55,405 bases of DNA from an uncultured Thermoplasmata archaeon (GTDB lineage: Archaea; Thermoplasmatota; Thermoplasmata; GCA-020350865): assembly GCA_965371185.1 (NCBI GenBank), contig CBDUXN010000002.1:1-55405 (forward strand), written 5' to 3'. The position numbers were made by a program, and so were the translations under genes. This document shows, piece after piece, positions 1 to 9,381 of the stretch; position 1 is the stretch's first letter, and every line of letters begins with the position of its first letter. Under the pieces are notes generated by a model. The model was not told the DNA's origin. It did not search any database and saw nothing but the letters and a program-made list of their open reading frames with translations.

Positions 1-1
1 G

Positions 2-367
2 ACATATCCCCCCCTTGCAGAGAATATTATGTTCTCTATCTTTGCCCATATTAGTTATCAGGATACGTTACCTCTTACAGTTCTGGAAGCAATGGCATCA
101 GGTCTGCCAATCGTTGCGTCACGCATTGGCGAGGCACCTCAGATCATTCCTGGAGACGTGGGTTTTGTCACAAGCTTTGAGGAAGGGGATATTTCCAAGG
201 CGCTATCAAGATTATTGGGTTCAAATGATTTGAGGGCAAATCTTGGGAAAGGTGCAAGGGAGAAGGCGGAAAAAGAATTCTCATGGCCTCGAGTTGCTGA
301 GGAATATTTGACAGCATATCGTGATCTGCTCTCATCAAATGCAATGGAAAAGAGGACAAAATCATGA
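2..367 (+). CDS. Glycosyltransferase family 4 (GT-B fold), C-terminal fragment; 5' part lies upstream of the window
   Basis: Frame is open from nt 2. Translation ..FAHISYQDTLPLTVLEAMASGLPIVASRIGEAPQIIPGDVGF.. matches the C-terminal nucleotide-sugar-binding half of GT4 enzymes. TGA 365-367 overlaps the next ATG (ATGA). Confidence 0.75.
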   Translation, partial: TYPPLAENIMFSIFAHISYQDTLPLTVLEAMASGLPIVASRIGEAPQIIPGDVGFVTSFEEGDISKALSRLLGSNDLRANLGKGAREKAEKEFSWPRVAEEYLTAYRDLLSSNAMEKRTKS

Positions 368-1653
368 AAAAAATCGTGGTTGTTGGTGCCGGGGTTACAG
401 GGCTTTACTCTTCACTAGAACTGCTAAGAAGAGGCCACAAGGTCGTGTTGATTGAAGCAAGATCAAAAGTTGGCGGGATGGCACAAAGTATTAAGGATAA
501 AGGTTTCATCTTCGATGTTGGCTCCCACGTAATCCATACCAATAACCAGAAATATAAGGGCTTTATAATGGATTTACTAGGCGATGACCTGCTTGTAAAA
601 AATATTACAGCCAAGTCCTATTTTGACGGCAAATTTCACAACTTTCCGCCGATTATAAGGGACATCTTCGAGTTTCCGCCTGGTAAAGCTCTTAAAATCT
701 TTTTTGCCTTATGTGCGGGTTATATTAACCGTTATAGGAAGAAAAAACCATCGTTTGAGGAGCAAATGAAATTTCTAGCAGGTAATGACTTTTATAAAAC
801 ATATTTTGAAGGCTACACCGCAAAGTTCTGGGGCATTTCACCAAAAAATCTTTCCTCCGAATGGGTGCCCAGGCGAGTAATACCAAGATTCGCAGGAAGA
901 TCAGCCTTAGCAAATGAATGGCAAGCTTATCCAAAGCACGGAGGCATAGAAACCATCCCATTACGAATGGCAAGAATGATAGAGGAAAGAGGCGGAGTAA
1001 TTCGTGTGGATACGAGGTTAAAATCTATTGTAGAGAAAGATGGGAGAGTTGATAAGGTCGTCACGGAAACCGAAAATGGGACGGAAAATATGACCTGTGA
1101 TGCTGTAATATCGACGATACCTTTGCCTCTCCTTTTCGAGATACTTGGGAAAAAATTCGATCTAAAATATCGCTCCATGATTTTCGTGTTTCTCAAACTA
1201 AAAGGTTCCGATATCCTACCTGACATCACGATATGTTTCTTTCCCTCAAGCGAATTACCTTTTACCAGGCTATATGAGATGCTAAAATACAGTCCTCACA
1301 CCTGCCCAAAGGGCTATACCTCCTTAGGTGTTGAGATGCCGTGTTTCTTCCAGGATGAGGTGTGGAACAAGGGGGAGGATGATGTTACCGAGGAAGTGAT
1401 TAAATCTTTGGAGAATGAAAACATCGTAAAAATGGACAATTTAGTAGGGCATTTTATACATAAGGAACAATACGCATACCCAATACCAACGATAGACTAC
1501 TATCAGAAAATTGAAAAATTGCGCAGTTCCATCAGATTATCAAATCTCCATCTCGCTGGAAGAATGGGATACTTTCAATATCTGGATATGTGCGACGCTA
1601 TGGAGAGCGGTGAGAGGGCTGTTAATGCACTTGAACCCTCGTCTCAAAAATAG
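364..1653 (+). CDS. FAD/NAD(P)-binding oxidoreductase (amine-oxidase / UDP-galactopyranose-mutase-like fold)
   Basis: 429-aa ORF. N-terminal dinucleotide-binding motif KIVVVGAGVTGLYSSLELLRRGHKVVLIEARSKVGG. ATGA overlap with the upstream GT gene. Substrate not inferable. Confidence 0.7.
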   Translation: MKKIVVVGAGVTGLYSSLELLRRGHKVVLIEARSKVGGMAQSIKDKGFIFDVGSHVIHTNNQKYKGFIMDLLGDDLLVKNITAKSYFDGKFHNFPPIIRDIFEFPPGKALKIFFALCAGYINRYRKKKPSFEEQMKFLAGNDFYKTYFEGYTAKFWGISPKNLSSEWVPRRVIPRFAGRSALANEWQAYPKHGGIETIPLRMARMIEERGGVIRVDTRLKSIVEKDGRVDKVVTETENGTENMTCDAVISTIPLPLLFEILGKKFDLKYRSMIFVFLKLKGSDILPDITICFFPSSELPFTRLYEMLKYSPHTCPKGYTSLGVEMPCFFQDEVWNKGEDDVTEEVIKSLENENIVKMDNLVGHFIHKEQYAYPIPTIDYYQKIEKLRSSIRLSNLHLAGRMGYFQYLDMCDAMESGERAVNALEPSSQK

Positions 1654-1774
1654 AGCTTTTGAATGATATCACCCATTGCTGCATAAAAATCTTAATTTCG
1701 ATTTCATGATTGTCAATTGTTGGCCTATTATCTCGACACAATATTTATAAACAGAGTATTTACTACACGAAAAT

Positions 1775-2881
1775 ATGAAAATCTGTTTCGTGACTCCTTA
1801 TTCCCCAAAGATGGTTGGAGGGGTTGGCAGGCTTGTCCTTGATATATACAAAGGCCTTCGCAAAAGAAATATCGATTGTATTATCGTCACAAAAAAGATT
1901 GAAAAAGACTTGGATGTGGAGGAAAAACTTATAGAAATACCCCTGATAAATATAAGAATTATAGGCTCAACGATATTCTACTTAAAGTTGATTAAATTAC
2001 TAATCAAATATAGAAGGGAAATAGATGTACTGAATCTGCAGACCCCGTTCACAACTAGCGTAATTTCTGGGATCGTTGGGAAAATACTAGGGGTACCCGT
2101 AGTAACCACAATTCATGGTGCTCTCCCAGATTTTTCAAGAGAGAGAGATGTGTACCATATTAAACTTGTAGAGAAATTGGCTATAGCAATTTCTGATGCG
2201 GTGGTTTCTGTAGATAAAAGGGGCGTGATAGATTACAAACTTCAACATGCTGTTATTATCGAGAATGGTATAGATACTGATAAATATCAATTTGATGAAT
2301 CTCTTAGAAAAAAATTGCGAGCTAAGCTTGGAATAGATGACAAATTCATCCTATTGTTTCTTGGCAGATGGGTTTCTCAAAAGGGTATATATGAGCTCCT
2401 TGAAGCTTTGAAAAGTTTAAATCAAGAGGGTAATAATGTCGTATTGATTTTGATTGGATCATGCGATAATGACGAAATATTGAAAAAGATTAATGAAGAA
2501 GACTTAAAGAATTTTGTCATTCCTATTGGGATAGTGGAAAATACGTTAGAATTTTTTTGTGCATCTGATATTTTCGTCCTGCCTTCATATGCCGAAGGCC
2601 TACCAATTGCAATGTTAGAGGCTATGGCCTGCGGCCTTCCTGTGGTTGTAAGTGCTGTTGGTGGGATCCCATATGTTGTCGAGAATTTTAAAGATGGTAT
2701 TCTCGTTAAACCTCAAGATTCGAAAGACTTGATAGATAAGATCAATTGGTGCCTAGCCAATCCTGAGGAATTAAAGAAAATAGGCGAAAATGCGAAGAAA
2801 AAAATAAGAGAAAAGTACAGTCTAGATCGAATGACCGACGAATATATCAAAATATTCAAGAAAGTGACAAGGAAGGGTTAA
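1775..2881 (+). CDS. Glycosyltransferase family 4
   Basis: 368-aa ORF. C-terminal ..DIFVLPSYAEGLPIAMLEAMACGLPVVVSAVGGIPYVVE.. is the GT4 signature region. TATA-like ATTTATAA lies about 30 nt upstream of the ATG. Confidence 0.8.
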   Translation: MKICFVTPYSPKMVGGVGRLVLDIYKGLRKRNIDCIIVTKKIEKDLDVEEKLIEIPLINIRIIGSTIFYLKLIKLLIKYRREIDVLNLQTPFTTSVISGIVGKILGVPVVTTIHGALPDFSRERDVYHIKLVEKLAIAISDAVVSVDKRGVIDYKLQHAVIIENGIDTDKYQFDESLRKKLRAKLGIDDKFILLFLGRWVSQKGIYELLEALKSLNQEGNNVVLILIGSCDNDEILKKINEEDLKNFVIPIGIVENTLEFFCASDIFVLPSYAEGLPIAMLEAMACGLPVVVSAVGGIPYVVENFKDGILVKPQDSKDLIDKINWCLANPEELKKIGENAKKKIREKYSLDRMTDEYIKIFKKVTRKG

Positions 2882-3732
2882 AGTTCGTTCGATCTATTCT
2901 TAACCTCCTCTAAAGTTGTGAACTCGAAATTCCTGTCAATATGTCCAAGTAAAGACGTTAAAGGGTTTAGGTCTGATGAGCAGATATTATAAACCCAAGA
3001 CTTGAGGTTCGGATGATATTCTTTGATATCTACAAGTTCCCAGGGGTGTATAAGGAAAGTCACATACTCGGATTCAACTTCATTTATGGCAGCAATAGTT
3101 TTCTTTAAACCTGCATAATTCAAATACCCCATGCCGATAGGAGCCCCCTTAAAGTGAGGATTTTCTGTTAGCGGTATTTCAAGAACTGAAGACTCCCCTT
3201 TTCTAGTTATATCTTTTAGTGATGGGTAATATGGCGCTCTTGGAGCGTTCCTATGGTCGAATATTGGGAATATTTTCCATCTCTTAAAATGTCTGCCTGG
3301 CAATACCGACGAATCAATAACATAATTCAATTGCTCTAGCGCTTTTATCGTATTTCTATTGACACTAAAATTTGGTGTACGAAACATCGTAGTTATTGAA
3401 CCAAGAATTTTCTCTATTTCTTTAGTGGCTTCGGATATGTCCCTGAGCTGTTTTTCAAAGCTCATATTACAATAGAATTGAGGGGTATGATCGTATCCAT
3501 GACAACCTATCCTATGCCCTTGATCTGCAATTTTTTTCATTAATTCCGAATACCGTTTGCAAACATCAGCAGTGATAAAAAAATCAATAGTAATTCCATA
3601 ATCGTCCAGCAAACCAAGGAATGGAGGGAGACCTTTTTCTACCCCTATATAGCTGTTTTTAAGATACTGCGTCATGTCTGGCTCGACATCCATTGTAAGC
3701 AACACTTTCTTTTCCATGTTATTTATCCCCAT
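2878..3732 (-). CDS. Polysaccharide deacetylase (carbohydrate esterase family 4-like)
   Basis: 284-aa ORF. Motifs LLTMDVEPD and GHRIGCHGYDHT resemble the CE4 metal/catalytic motifs. Alternative ATG at 3717 (MEKKVLL). Confidence 0.75.
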   Translation of the reverse strand: MGINNMEKKVLLTMDVEPDMTQYLKNSYIGVEKGLPPFLGLLDDYGITIDFFITADVCKRYSELMKKIADQGHRIGCHGYDHTPQFYCNMSFEKQLRDISEATKEIEKILGSITTMFRTPNFSVNRNTIKALEQLNYVIDSSVLPGRHFKRWKIFPIFDHRNAPRAPYYPSLKDITRKGESSVLEIPLTENPHFKGAPIGMGYLNYAGLKKTIAAINEVESEYVTFLIHPWELVDIKEYHPNLKSWVYNICSSDLNPLTSLLGHIDRNFEFTTLEEVKNRSNEL

Positions 3733-4321
3733 GGTAGATAATTTTGTGCCTTTTTATACCAAGCAACTTCAGCATTTTAATCTCTTTGACCAACTTTTTG
3801 AAACCGAACCTGGAATGAGCCCTCAATGATGAATCGTTATCTGACAGAATACCGACATAAACTTTCTTGTATCCCTTACTTTTACAATACCCGAAGATTT
3901 CGTGGAGAATTTGCTGTTGAATTCGTTTGCCTCTCTCCTCCTCGAACACCAATTCATCATAAATCCAAATGCTTTGTTCATCTGCATCCACTTTGTAATA
4001 AACTTCTGGGAAATAGTACGAGATTCCCCTCACCCATGCATAACCGCATATTCTATCGTCCTTTTTTGCGACAAAGCAAATGTCCCCGTTATTAAGTCGT
4101 TCTAATATCACTGCCTTATGTATGGGTCTCTTGCCTCGCATAAGTGTGTCTAAACCGGCATCACTGACCTGAGATATCGCTACATTGGTTTTATATTCGA
4201 TTATAGCTGGTGTGTCATTAACATCCCTCTCGAATATAAGCATGTGTGCACGCTCAAATATGAGCCTTTTAATAAACCTCAATATCCGTTTACATGTTAG
4301 CTTTTCACCGCGAACCCTCAT
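3719..4321 (-). CDS. GNAT-family N-acetyltransferase
   Basis: 200-aa ORF. ..EEERGKRIQQQILHEIFGYCKSKGYKKVYVGILSDNDSSLRAHSRFGFK resembles the acetyl-CoA-binding core (R/Q-x-x-G-x-G/A-like). Abuts the upstream gene with zero gap. Confidence 0.65.
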   Translation of the reverse strand: MRVRGEKLTCKRILRFIKRLIFERAHMLIFERDVNDTPAIIEYKTNVAISQVSDAGLDTLMRGKRPIHKAVILERLNNGDICFVAKKDDRICGYAWVRGISYYFPEVYYKVDADEQSIWIYDELVFEEERGKRIQQQILHEIFGYCKSKGYKKVYVGILSDNDSSLRAHSRFGFKKLVKEIKMLKLLGIKRHKIIYHGDK

Positions 4322-5377
4322 CTATTGTCTCCTTCGAGTAATTCTGTTAAAAGTCCCTCTTACACCATGCTTTTTGAAATATCCTATCCCTAAAATAAAG
4401 GTGTTCAATACGACAGGAGGTAAGATTTTCATATACGTGTCAAAAGAATGCATCTTTCCTCCCCATCGCTCCTTAAATCGCCGCAAGCTATCGTGGTCAG
4501 GTGAGGTTTTGCCAAAATCCACCTCCATCCTTCTTTCCTTTGCTTTCTCTATAAGGGTGTAATAAAGTAGATGGTTTGGATTGAATTTAAGATAACTTGG
4601 ATCTGAGCAGTTATCAAATATTTGGATCCTAGTATTATACATGAATGCCATAAGACCTGCTATGCAAACGCCATTGTATCTTGCTAACAAGATATCGATA
4701 TTCTTAGAAGGGATTGTAGGGAGCATATCAAAGAATGTATCATTGAAAGGCTCCGAGCCGTGCTTTCTTTTGGTCATCACATGCAACCTAATGTACTCCT
4801 CCATGGCCTTGCTATTTGAGAGGGTTTGCTCAACGGCTAACCCCTCCTTTAACGCCTTCCTCACAGCATTGCGAGTTTTTTTGTGAAATATGCTCAGCGT
4901 GTCCTCCACATCGTAAAAATCGGTTAGTACATATGTCAGGTGCCCTGCAATCTTTTTAAAAGATCCTTCAACCAAAAAATTATCTAGTGTTTTATTAGTA
5001 TAATATCCCCGAACATATGCTGCTGGTACACCTTCCTCTTTACCGATCTTTGTAATCTTTCTGAAAAGGACCTCAAACGCCGCTTTTACTCGCAAAATAT
5101 CGGCAGCAAACTTTTGATTTACACATGCCCCCCCATAATCTGCGATGTATGGAGAATGAAGTGCATTTTCTGATAAGAACAAAGGCATAGCCAGCACAGG
5201 CTCCTCTTTATCCCACAAAATTAAATGATAAGGTTTCAAATTGTAGGCATTTTCGATGATCTTCAACCAGTGAGATGTATGAAAAAATGTGCTTAGATTT
5301 GAGGAAGATATAACACTATCCCATTCCCTGCTATGTTTGTGTATGTTTGTATGCTGTATCTCCAAATGCCTTTCCAT
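4322..5377 (-). CDS. FemAB-like / BioF2-like (Acetyltransf_6) acyl- or aminoacyl-transferase
   Basis: 351-aa two-lobed GNAT-like ORF. Segments FHTSHWLKIIENAY, FHKKTRNAVRKALKEGL and NPNHLLYYTLIEKAKERRMEVDFGKTSPDHDSLRRFKERWGG resemble FemA/FemB/FemX-type transferases. Called from motif memory only. Confidence 0.55.
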   Translation of the reverse strand: MERHLEIQHTNIHKHSREWDSVISSSNLSTFFHTSHWLKIIENAYNLKPYHLILWDKEEPVLAMPLFLSENALHSPYIADYGGACVNQKFAADILRVKAAFEVLFRKITKIGKEEGVPAAYVRGYYTNKTLDNFLVEGSFKKIAGHLTYVLTDFYDVEDTLSIFHKKTRNAVRKALKEGLAVEQTLSNSKAMEEYIRLHVMTKRKHGSEPFNDTFFDMLPTIPSKNIDILLARYNGVCIAGLMAFMYNTRIQIFDNCSDPSYLKFNPNHLLYYTLIEKAKERRMEVDFGKTSPDHDSLRRFKERWGGKMHSFDTYMKILPPVVLNTFILGIGYFKKHGVRGTFNRITRRRQ

Positions 5378-5667
5378 CTTTACTCGCCTCTGCTACAGAC
5401 CCATAAAATTTCATCCACAATCTTCGACCAAGTTAAGCTATTTTCAACGGATATTTTCGCTCTCTCTCCGAGCATTTCCATCCTTCTTCTCTTTGGTATA
5501 TGTAAATGGTCTATATAGGCGGAAATTCCACAGGCTCTGTGAAAGTAGTATGGTGTGAGAATGAATATTTTTTATAAAATCACCTTAACCTTAAATTGGT
5601 TAACATGATATATACGTTTTTGTTTATTTTGATTATATTACCAAGTTATTCCGCTAAAAATTGCATA

Positions 5668-7326
5668 TTATATGTTTTCAAAATAATATACATCGATGGC
5701 ACCATTATCATATATCTTATATCTCCCAACTTCTACACTCTTAAAAAATCTAGAAGTATAATATCTTTCGTATGCATAAACTTGGTGGTGTATGGATTTT
5801 AAAGAGAGTGAATATTGAACTTTATATTTCAAAACTAAATTGGTTGGAACGTCGTCGTAGGCATTCTGATGGATAACTATCCAATCTTTTTCAACATTCC
5901 CGGCGCCTTTAGCCTTATACAATGCATCTGACCCGACACTGATTTTTTGGATGGAAATGGGAATGATTTGAAAATCATCCTCATGAAGATAGCCGTAAAT
6001 GAGCTGTTCCGGTCCGGTTGCATGCAAAGTTCCACCGCCGATCGGTAAACACGGTTTCCCTGATATCGCACCAACCCTTGCAGCTAATAACCCATCGTTT
6101 GTAATAAAAGTGTTATCCGTCATATACTTCATGTAAAGAGCGGCATCGTAGGTTGTTTCAGACATACTATCTTCTTCTACACCCCAAGTATCGAACATGA
6201 AATCGACAAATCCGACCGAAGCTATGAGGCTGGCTACCAGCAATGTCAGGACGATAACCTTTCTTTTCTTAATTAACTTGTAAATATGAGAGAATGAAAA
6301 CCCAGCCAGGAGGGAAAAAAATACCAGGAAAAAGTAGGATGAATAGGTTCTCATGCCTATGGTTGGGAATAAAAAGATCAGTGATACTATCAAGAACACA
6401 TCGTAAAGACCTTTATTTTTCTTCCAAATCAGGTACAAGGATCCAATCAACCCAAACACCAGCATTATGCCGATCCTGCCGATTAAGCTCACGAACAGGT
6501 TGATCATTAGGATTGGGGGGGAACTACCGGAAAACAACCTTGTTTCTTCATAAATAATAAGTCCCTGTGCCCCTTGAAGTGGATTATTTCCCGAGAAAAG
6601 CATTCCAAGTAAAGCAATAAATATTGCCACGATGATTGAAGGCCCTAAAACTCTTGAGCTCAATTGCATTTTCCTAGATTTGGCAAAAATAGGAACCAGC
6701 TGCTTATAGAAGGCGAACAGTAGGACGCTTGTGAGATAGGCTATCAAAATAAAAATCATAAAAACGCCCAGCCTATGGCTCGTTCCCACGGTCAGCAGCG
6801 TGATTATGAAAAGGACATTCATCCTATTGACGGCAAATCCTCTCGTTTTGAGAAGGAATAGTATACAGGCCGGTGCAAGTGACATAAATAAATTTCTTGT
6901 GGAGGCTGTCCAAAAGGTCATCTTTATGAATATGGGTGAGAAGGTGAAAGCCAATGCCACCACAAAACAGAACAGGTCGTCGTTCTTGATTTCCCTGGCC
7001 AGAAAGTATGTACTGAATACGCCTATTAAACCGAGAACGATTGAAATCGCCAATATGGAATGCTCCACGTCCACGCCGCAGCTTGTCGATACTCCTGCAG
7101 CTAGAAAAGGATACGCGCTTGGATACGATAGCGGGTAAAGTCCGATGTACGATAAGGGATGGAGAATCCATGGTGCATAGTGGTTTTGAGTGATAGAATT
7201 CCCAAGAATATGAATAACGAAGGAATCGACACCTATTTCATGCTGGACTATAGGGTATCTGATTGCCACGTTTAAAGCGAATAAAAACGAAATCAATAGG
7301 AAATTTACCCTTCTTGAGAATTTCAT
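5668..7326 (-). CDS. Polytopic membrane protein with C-terminal soluble domain; GT-C-fold glycosyltransferase or polymerase-like
   Basis: 552-aa ORF. About 12-13 hydrophobic helices in the first ~385 aa, with an acidic first loop (VQHEIGVDSF), followed by a ~165-aa hydrophilic domain. No WWDYG OST motif seen. Confidence 0.5.
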   Translation of the reverse strand: MKFSRRVNFLLISFLFALNVAIRYPIVQHEIGVDSFVIHILGNSITQNHYAPWILHPLSYIGLYPLSYPSAYPFLAAGVSTSCGVDVEHSILAISIVLGLIGVFSTYFLAREIKNDDLFCFVVALAFTFSPIFIKMTFWTASTRNLFMSLAPACILFLLKTRGFAVNRMNVLFIITLLTVGTSHRLGVFMIFILIAYLTSVLLFAFYKQLVPIFAKSRKMQLSSRVLGPSIIVAIFIALLGMLFSGNNPLQGAQGLIIYEETRLFSGSSPPILMINLFVSLIGRIGIMLVFGLIGSLYLIWKKNKGLYDVFLIVSLIFLFPTIGMRTYSSYFFLVFFSLLAGFSFSHIYKLIKKRKVIVLTLLVASLIASVGFVDFMFDTWGVEEDSMSETTYDAALYMKYMTDNTFITNDGLLAARVGAISGKPCLPIGGGTLHATGPEQLIYGYLHEDDFQIIPISIQKISVGSDALYKAKGAGNVEKDWIVIHQNAYDDVPTNLVLKYKVQYSLSLKSIHHQVYAYERYYTSRFFKSVEVGRYKIYDNGAIDVYYFENI

Positions 7327-7405
7327 TAATAACCCTATACAACAGGCTGCTTATATATTTTTTAGGGAAAAATCCGGCTTAATAAACCCGGTCGTAGGGG
7401 AACAA

Positions 7406-8155
7406 TTAAAGTATTTCGAGCTTTTTTTTCAATATTTTTTTTAAAAGTGGATTCATAACAAAATACTGCTTTCCATCATCTAAGTTCTGTTTAACCGACC
7501 GATGTTTATTTTCCTTAATGTCCTTTACGACCTTAACAAAAGCGGCGCTGGTGTTCTCTTGACATTTTAATCTTATACTTTCAAGCGTGTCCCCTTTGTC
7601 GATGCTGAATTTTTGAGTGTACAAAATATCTCCCAAATCCACACCCGGCGAGACGAAGTGTATAGAAATGCCGGTTTCCTCTCCCAATAGGATCGACCAT
7701 TCTGTTACATTCATCCCCCTGATCTTCGGTAGAATCGCGTAATGGCCGTTCAAAGTTCCGATTTTCGATGTGTTTAAAATTTCCTTTCGAATTATTCCAG
7801 TTCCCCACAACAGGATCAAATCAGGTTCGATCTTCTCCAGAATTCCTCTACAACGTTTACCATTATGACTTTTCACATAATAAACTGGAATATTCAATTC
7901 CTTTGCCACGGACTTGAGTTTTCTGGAAAACATCTTACTACCCACTTCCCCATTCCCTCCGGGAGTCCTTAATTCCTTCATCATCCCTCTGAACCCGTAT
8001 CTCTTCAACCCTACCTTCATCGAGGCAAAAATGCCTACATTGCTGTAAATAATTGCCGTGGGTTTCATACCGGAGGCCGTTAAATTCCTCAATGCCTTCT
8101 CTTTCCAAGCCAGTTTGTCGAATCTTGGATATTGGGAGAAAATCACGATATTCAT
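7406..8155 (-). CDS. Formyltransferase-family protein (Fmt/PurN-like N-terminal domain), candidate sugar N-formyltransferase
   Basis: Motif LNGHYAILPKIRGMN matches N-x-H-x-S/A-x-LP-x-x-RG, and SPGVDLGDI carries the catalytic Asp region. I place the start at MNIVIF (ATG 8155), which directly abuts the upstream stop at 8152-8154. The longer track ORF (to 8263) would overlap that gene. Confidence 0.65.
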   Translation of the reverse strand: MNIVIFSQYPRFDKLAWKEKALRNLTASGMKPTAIIYSNVGIFASMKVGLKRYGFRGMMKELRTPGGNGEVGSKMFSRKLKSVAKELNIPVYYVKSHNGKRCRGILEKIEPDLILLWGTGIIRKEILNTSKIGTLNGHYAILPKIRGMNVTEWSILLGEETGISIHFVSPGVDLGDILYTQKFSIDKGDTLESIRLKCQENTSAAFVKVVKDIKENKHRSVKQNLDDGKQYFVMNPLLKKILKKKLEIL

Positions 8156-9336
8156 AGCAGTTTTTCCTCCAGGTCTTTGGTAACAGATATCCTCTGCATA
8201 AAAGCGTCGGCGAAAAATTTTGTAGCCCAGTTTGGATACTGTAAAGGCGCGTACTTTCCCCAAATGGGATGGGAACCCTTCACGGCACCTTTTATTTCCT
8301 TAAACCTTGAATTTATTGGCTGTAAATGACCTAGTAGGTCGGTTGCGTTCAATGCACCGTTTAAATACCGTATGTCATCCGTCAATTCATAGATCTTGAA
8401 CCAGATAATGCTGAGCTGAGCTATTCCTGTCAGGCATTCGGTTTTTACTATTGGTGCCCATTTTTCGTTATGGGAAGTTGGCATGAACTTCTTCGTTTCG
8501 AATTTCCTCAATAATACTTCGTTCGTTTTTAAAACTGCATCCAAATGTTTTTCATCGTGAAGAATGTAGTACCCCTCCAATAGTCCTCTCAGTGTGTACG
8601 CGATGCCGTGGGTGTTACATGTACGCTGGTCGTTCTCGAACATACAGTTTTCAAAATAACCGTTTTCCTTTTGCTGGGATAACACCCAGTTGTTGATGTC
8701 CTGGGCGGTATCGAGATATTTTCGTTCCTCTGTCAATGAGTACAATTCCAAAATCGCCCAGGCAACTCTCGAGTGATATGCATGCGGAATGTTTTTATAG
8801 CAGTGTTGCAGCCAAAGTCCCTCCTCTTTTCTTATCTTCACAAGAAAAGCTCCGGCTTTGATCAAGGCTTCTAGATATTTTTTATCGCTGGTTTTCTTGT
8901 AGGCTGCCACCCATCCCAACATGACCATGCCTGTATTAAAAACCGTCGAAGGGTTCTTATCTCTTAATAAAACGGAACCCTGATTTATCCCCCCATCCTC
9001 TTTTTGTATATCGATAAGCCAGTCGCACATCATGATAGCCTCACGGAAATATTCATCGTTCGATGAAAACTCTGAGTAGTCGAAGAACGTTTTTGCCATA
9101 TATCCCGTGGTTTCAGGGTATGCTGGTTGCCATCCCTTAGGATAGGAGAATGCTGCGGAGGAACCCTTATGTTCTGTAATTTTATGGGTTAATCGCAGCC
9201 AGTTCATGGCCAGCTCGAGATGCTTCTCCACAGGCAGCTCCAATTCAGGAAAAGGTAGGTAATTTCTCTTCAAATTGGCCAAAGGGTCCGTAAATATTTG
9301 GTAGGATAATCTTAATGTTCTTGTAATTGGGTTCAT
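8152..9336 (-). CDS. Alpha/alpha-toroid-like protein (squalene-cyclase / AGE / LanC-like superfamily), function unknown
   Basis: 394-aa soluble ORF with a repeated helical-hairpin feel (..DWLIDIQKEDGGINQG.., ..NWVLSQQKENGYFEN.., ..THGIAYTLRGLLEGY..). The superfamily call is by impression only. Confidence 0.35.
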   Translation of the reverse strand: MNPITRTLRLSYQIFTDPLANLKRNYLPFPELELPVEKHLELAMNWLRLTHKITEHKGSSAAFSYPKGWQPAYPETTGYMAKTFFDYSEFSSNDEYFREAIMMCDWLIDIQKEDGGINQGSVLLRDKNPSTVFNTGMVMLGWVAAYKKTSDKKYLEALIKAGAFLVKIRKEEGLWLQHCYKNIPHAYHSRVAWAILELYSLTEERKYLDTAQDINNWVLSQQKENGYFENCMFENDQRTCNTHGIAYTLRGLLEGYYILHDEKHLDAVLKTNEVLLRKFETKKFMPTSHNEKWAPIVKTECLTGIAQLSIIWFKIYELTDDIRYLNGALNATDLLGHLQPINSRFKEIKGAVKGSHPIWGKYAPLQYPNWATKFFADAFMQRISVTKDLEEKLL

Positions 9337-9381
9337 TTAATTCTCCTTATTGGTCGTTTTGACCTTCCACAAACCCTCTTC

